The notes under the pieces were generated by a model that saw nothing but the letters and a program-made list of their open reading frames with translations, did not search any database and was not told where the DNA came from. From Candidatus Latescibacterota bacterium (GTDB lineage: Bacteria; Latescibacterota; UBA2968): 64,000 nt of DNA. Positions 60,331-64,000 of this stretch are shown in pieces; the first letter of the stretch is position 1; each line of letters begins with the position of its first letter. The position numbers were made by a program, and so were the translations under genes. The DNA lies in assembly GCA_965222605.1 (NCBI GenBank), contig OZ244960.1, positions 1,536,001 through 1,600,000 of the forward strand, in the 5' to 3' direction.

Positions 60331-61224
60331 TCATGCATCCAACGCTTGCTGAAATGCCTCAAGGCTGGACACCTGGATCGCCGCGCGATGCAACTGCTTA
60401 AGGCGTTGCAAATCGTCAATGGCGGCAATGCGAGTAGATAGGGGATGCGCTTCGCTCAGGCCAAATCGAATCTCCAACACTTCGAGGATATCTTCGAGCG
60501 TGCTTTTTCTTTCCCCTTGCTCAATGCCTTGCTCAATACCTTGTTGCTTAATGTATTGTGCAAACGATGATTCGCGCATAATTGCATCCATAAGACCCTC
60601 CTGTGATAGAATACGATTGATTAGTGTTGGATCATACTCTAACCCACTCAATATCATCAACCTGCCCAAAAAGTCAACCTTTATTGATTCATCCACCGGC
60701 AGCGCATTCGTCGCGTCAACACACGCACGCAACCACGCCTCTGAATCTATTCCAACAGGACGTTTCATCAAGGGGGCAAACGGAAACAAGCCCGAAGGCC
60801 CGCCATCAATAATGTCCTGTCCTTCTATCTCACTGAGCCGAATCACTGTGTATTCTATCAAAACGCGATGGCCGGGCAAATCCTGGATATAATACCCCGG
60901 ATCGCGCCGACCTACACTGCGCCGTAAATAGATCACACTGGAATAAATCGGCAGGTCGTGATGCTCAATCGCACGTATAATATAGCCAGCCATGCGGAGC
61001 GGCATAGACGGATCGTCAGTCGTTTGAAACTCGTGATGTATCAATGCCTCCTTGCCCGCGATATTGACGCGGATGAGGCTATCGGTATGTCGTGTTTCAA
61101 CCGTGGGTTGCTCTGTGTCGAGTATGTCGAGGACTTCTACATCCTCATGTCCAAGTGTGAATTGGATGAAGTCTTTGGGATAGGTCTGGATGAGATGTTT
61201 GGAGATGGTGTCGTATTCGGCCAT
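60331..61224 (-). CDS. Rpn/YhgA-like PD-(D/E)XK nuclease
   Basis: DSLIRV...HHEFQT..DPSMPLRM; C-terminal QQGIEQGIEQG repeats, LEIRFG. Confidence 0.88.
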   Translation of the reverse strand: MAEYDTISKHLIQTYPKDFIQFTLGHEDVEVLDILDTEQPTVETRHTDSLIRVNIAGKEALIHHEFQTTDDPSMPLRMAGYIIRAIEHHDLPIYSSVIYLRRSVGRRDPGYYIQDLPGHRVLIEYTVIRLSEIEGQDIIDGGPSGLFPFAPLMKRPVGIDSEAWLRACVDATNALPVDESIKVDFLGRLMILSGLEYDPTLINRILSQEGLMDAIMRESSFAQYIKQQGIEQGIEQGERKSTLEDILEVLEIRFGLSEAHPLSTRIAAIDDLQRLKQLHRAAIQVSSLEAFQQALDA

Positions 61225-61509
61225 GTGGGATGCCCTGGGTCTGATAGGTGAATTTTACATGCAACAGTCAGACTCTGAGCAAATATCAAGCCAACGCCAC
61301 AGAATTGAGCGATGAATTGTATGGACAGAAATTCAAGAACCCTCATCATGCTTTTAATATGCTGTATTGCGACCTTAACTTGAATGTAAGGATCGCCTTT
61401 GGAAGCACATACAAACCGAACCCGCCGGGATGCAAAAGTGTACGTTTTGATCCATGAATAATGGGGTATCGTGAAAGATTTTTACATTTGGGAAAAAATA
61501 GCGGTCTGC

Positions 61510-61584
61510 CTAAGTGAAATGACTCATTTGCAGTTTGTTTTTACGTGTTTCTATCGAAAATTTAAATCCCAGTCCATTCAGAAT
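61510..61584 (-). pseudogene. 3' fragment of a second addiction-module antidote gene
   Basis: 75-bp ungapped diverged match to 59899-59973 including the stop codon. Confidence 0.8.
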
Positions 61585-61586
61585 CA

Positions 61587-62018
61587 GGAAAAATACCCGT
61601 CGCTGGTGTCAAGAATAGACAGACCAAACAGGTTCAAGCCATTGTGATCGACGAACCCGGCGAGAAAACTCTGCACGAGTTTATCAATGATCGTGTTGAG
61701 GATGGGACGACTGTGTACACGGATGGGTCATAAGTCTATAACGGACTCTTAGGATACGAACACGAAAAAGTCATTCACTCGCGGGGGGAATATGTGCGCG
61801 GAGATGCACACACCAACAGGATTGAATCATTCTGGTCAATGATAAAACGTGCCATTATGGGCGTCTATCACAAGATCAGCCCCAAATATTTGTGGCGATA
61901 TGTCGTCGAGTTCGTTGCTAGACAGAACATGCGGATACGTGACACCATTGACCAGATGAAAATAATTGCACAGAAGTTTGAAGGCAAAAGACTCAAATAC
62001 TGCGAATTGATTACTTAA
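61587..62018 (+). mobile_element. IS1595-family transposase remnant (5'-truncated, internal stop at 61731)
   Basis: GKIPVAGVKNRQT...TVYTDGS*VYNGL...HSRGEYVRGDAHTNRIESFWSMIKRAIMGVYHKISPKYL.RYVVEF. Confidence 0.88.
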
Positions 62019-62236
62019 GTGGACGTGTCTGGTTTGTTTCGGTTGTCATGTTCCATGTGATCAAAAGACTTGTGTCTTAAAATCACCATAATAGTTTCTT
62101 GGCCTTTTGTATTGATTGCTATACCTGCGTGTTTCACGCGGTATCCCGACTCATACAGTCGATTTATGTTTTGTTCCATTTCTGCAGCACTGTTCCGAGT
62201 AATGCACATATAAGGGGCAAGTGGTGGTTGAACCAT
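62015..62236 (-). CDS. small hypothetical protein
   Basis: RBS aaggag upstream of ATG; 73 aa. Confidence 0.5.
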   Translation of the reverse strand: MVQPPLAPYMCITRNSAAEMEQNINRLYESGYRVKHAGIAINTKGQETIMVILRHKSFDHMEHDNRNKPDTST

Positions 62237-62772
62237 ATTAAAACTCCTTTTTATCAAGTTTGGACAACGCGGATGTAAGCCATTCCCAATTAGTCTCATA
62301 AGGATTCTCGCCTATGGGAGTGTAAGGTTTTCCCCCACAGGCTTGTAACAAGCTCGCTCTGACTCATTGACTTCTGGCCTTAATTGTGGTAAATTCATAA
62401 CACATTTTCTTAAGGAAATTGTTTGGGTTTGAAGAACCGAGTCGCGGCCATGCTTCTCGGTTCTTCGCTTTTGTAGGGGAAATCTACCAGATTCAAGGAT
62501 TCTGAACAAGCGAAACATGCTGGCCGTCACAATGGAACCTGTGGCCGACGGCGGGCTTTGTGAGTGGCCCCGGCGTTGGGATTTCTTGTGATGTCGTATC
62601 AACGACATAACCAATATCGGCCATTTGAGGTGCGCCCCAAAAGTTGAACCGGTATAAAGGCTATCGCGGATCCGCAGGTAGATGCCTATGTTGCGGGCGA
62701 GTTAGTGAGGCTCCAGAAAGCCCCCTTTGAGGCGTATCGACGCTTTGTGAAAAAACGAAAGGGGATAAAGAC

Positions 62773-63021
62773 ATGAATCAGACCAAGAAATGCAAATTCC
62801 AAATTTTCATCGGTGACGACAAAGAATTTTGGTGGCGGTTTGGAATTGTCGGTGCTAGCGGGAAAATTGTAGAAATTATTGCAGTTTCTGGTGAAGGGCA
62901 TAGGCTGGTAAAGGACTGCCATAGAGATATTGCCATTATCAAACAATTTGTCCCTAATGCCCCCATAGACGAACCGAGTTCAATGGCACAAGCCCTTATT
63001 ATGCGACAAAGGGGCACATAA
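62773..63021 (+). CDS. YegP/DUF1508-like protein
   Basis: KFQIFIGDDKEFWWRF...IIAVSGEGH...C..DIAIIK. Confidence 0.65.
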   Translation: MNQTKKCKFQIFIGDDKEFWWRFGIVGASGKIVEIIAVSGEGHRLVKDCHRDIAIIKQFVPNAPIDEPSSMAQALIMRQRGT

Positions 63022-63160
63022 TAAAAGCCTAAAAAAGCTCGGTTTCACCATCGAAACCAGGCTTTTACTTTATCCTTTCATGGCCACTATTCTACATAAT
63101 TCCCTATTTTTGATAAAATTTTTCGGCCTTAGCCTCGAGCCATTTCCGTAGCCTATCCAT

Positions 63161-64000
63161 CTATTCGTCTTCCTCATCACTCAAAATCTCCAAAAAGGTA
63201 TTAATGTCTTCATAGTTATTGTCAGCGGAGATCGAAATGATTTGCATATTATAGTCTTTCCTCCAACGGTTACGTTCAGTGACCCCCGTAGTTTCGTGTG
63301 TCATAAGGGCGTAGTGTGGTATCCCCCCTTCGGGAAACGCAGCATTAATATAGTTTAAAAGTAATTTCAGTTCGGGATCTTGCAAGGAGCACCCAACGAA
63401 TATTACCGAATACATTGTAAATATTGATTGCAATGCACTCTGATAGCCCGGTTCCTGATACAGGAGCCGTCTATAGTCCTTATCGGTTAAAACAATCTTT
63501 TCCGCCGCTGTTTGTGCATCACCATGTGCTTTCAATAGGAAAAACTTTCGATTGTAAAGCTGGCTCTGGATAGCATGCGCTTCATAATATTTATATGCTG
63601 ATTGATATTTTTTTTGATTTACAAATGCTTTCTCAATCAACAGATCATAGTTGGTCGTAATAATGAAGTTGCTGCGTTTGAGACTAACCAAGAGGTCATG
63701 CGTTGGGCTTGGGGTAACATCCTCCCTTGTATAGGCCTCTTCAATAAAGGTCTTAAAGCCTACACCTCCCAAGACATCTTTCATTTCCTCCGCAAGCATG
63801 AGGTATTTGCCTGGATCTTCGGCAAGTTCACGGCACTCATTAGCACGGTCATGTGCAAAGGCGTAATCCGTTTCCGCTTTTTGGATAAGTCCTAACAGTA
63901 ACTCTTGCCAGGCAGGATATCCCGCAGCTTGAGAAAGACCCGCACCTACGAAGAAGCCACATTTCTTATCGATATAGCTCCTTATCAATTCTCGTGGAAT
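63161..64000 (-). CDS. SIR2-like (SIR2_2) domain protein, start lies beyond the window
   Basis: FFVGAGLS...YPAW, IITTNYD, LKAHGD, IFVGCSLQDP; frame stays open to the window edge. Confidence 0.88.
   Translation of the reverse strand: MPRELIRSYIDKKCGFFVGAGLSQAAGYPAWQELLLGLIQKAETDYAFAHDRANECRELAEDPGKYLMLAEEMKDVLGGVGFKTFIEEAYTREDVTPSPTHDLLVSLKRSNFIITTNYDLLIEKAFVNQKKYQSAYKYYEAHAIQSQLYNRKFFLLKAHGDAQTAAEKIVLTDKDYRRLLYQEPGYQSALQSIFTMYSVIFVGCSLQDPELKLLLNYINAAFPEGGIPHYALMTHETTGVTERNRWRKDYNMQIISISADNNYEDINTFLEILSDEEDE

Noticed and set aside
61248-61457. 69-aa ORF as the missing toxin
   Set aside because: No RelE/HigB-like features, and wrong strand and position relative to the antidote gene
62312-62614. 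100-aa minus-strand ORF
   Set aside because: No recognisable motif or clear RBS; lies in decayed mobile DNA

Overview
Bacterial chromosomal window, mostly + strand up to ~54 kb, with no rRNA, tRNA or CRISPR array seen. Several PhyH dioxygenases, sulfatases, a GH29, an Rpn nuclease and IS1595 debris resemble marine or sponge-associated Latescibacterota/Gemmatimonadota-like genomes (inference only). Blocks: (1) acpP-fabF-rnc-lipoate ligase, then an uncharacterised GlmL-like ASKHA ATPase and multi-membrane-protein operon, oppD/oppF ATPases with no cognate permease here, and a large peptidase-TolB-barrel protein (1-17 kb). (2) Sulfatase, fucosidase and dioxygenase catabolic genes plus purT (17-27 kb). 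(3) An MNT antitoxin whose HEPN partner seems replaced by a purine-rich RxxxxH+CBS gene (27.5-28.7 kb). (4) Housekeeping genes mnmA, HDAC, pheA and a LutB-like fusion (29-36 kb). (5) The best candidate for an undescribed system (36-50.6 kb): a GntR/ABC module with duplicated permeases and a secreted metallopeptidase, a giant kinase-STAND-TPR-GAF-sigma54 activator, a sigma54 promoter with palindromic enhancer sites, a 59-aa single-Cys peptide, an RRE-radical SAM/SPASM maturase, a secreted protein and a second sigma54 activator. Both activators are frameshifted. (6) An EndoQ-UvrD fusion, cysK-YeiH, and a decaying antitoxin/Rpn/IS1595/SIR2 hotspot at the right end. All family calls come from motif recognition, not database searches.
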